Below, in pieces: positions 25,767 through 25,805 of a stretch of DNA of 25,805 nucleotides. The translations under genes were made by a program, and so were the position numbers. The stretch is from a virus. Taxonomy: Duplodnaviria; Caudoviricetes. How positions within the stretch are numbered: position 1 is the first letter of the stretch; each line of letters starts with the position of its first letter. The stretch lies in the IMG/VR virus record IMGVR_UViG_3300049172_000013, positions 1-25,805 of that record; one strand, 5' to 3'. The notes below the pieces were generated by a model. That model saw only the letters and a list, made by a program, of their open reading frames with translations, was not told the DNA's origin and searched no databases.

Positions 25767-25805
25767 GGCGCTCTCTTCTGATGGTGTCGCCGGCTGCCCA
25801 GCCGG

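Overview
Late (morphogenesis) region of an HK97/lambda-like siphophage or prophage. Gene content and style suggest an alphaproteobacterial (Rhizobiales-type) host, which is an inference. Plus strand, in order: a 5'-truncated DUF6456-like putative late regulator, a translationally coupled chain of small accessory genes, an ~800-bp non-coding interval, a small ORF, terminase-associated HNH, putative cos region, TerS, an inserted free-standing HNH endonuclease, TerL, portal, prohead protease, major capsid, neck genes, tail terminator, tail tube, tail assembly chaperone with a -1 frameshift, tape measure, tail tip genes and a tail fibre. Minus strand: a small exported moron protein before the tape measure gene, and a radical SAM/SPASM + GT2 glycosyltransferase pair after the fibre. 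The most unusual element is the interval 1800-2470. It folds by eye into a tightly packed series of self-contained RNA structures (hairpins and three-way junctions, several ending in CCA) that includes a tRNA-Thr(UGU) and a C4-like RNA, suggesting a polycistronic small-RNA array at the head of the late transcript. No integrase, lysis cassette or att site is visible. All family assignments come from motif recognition and synteny, not from database searches.
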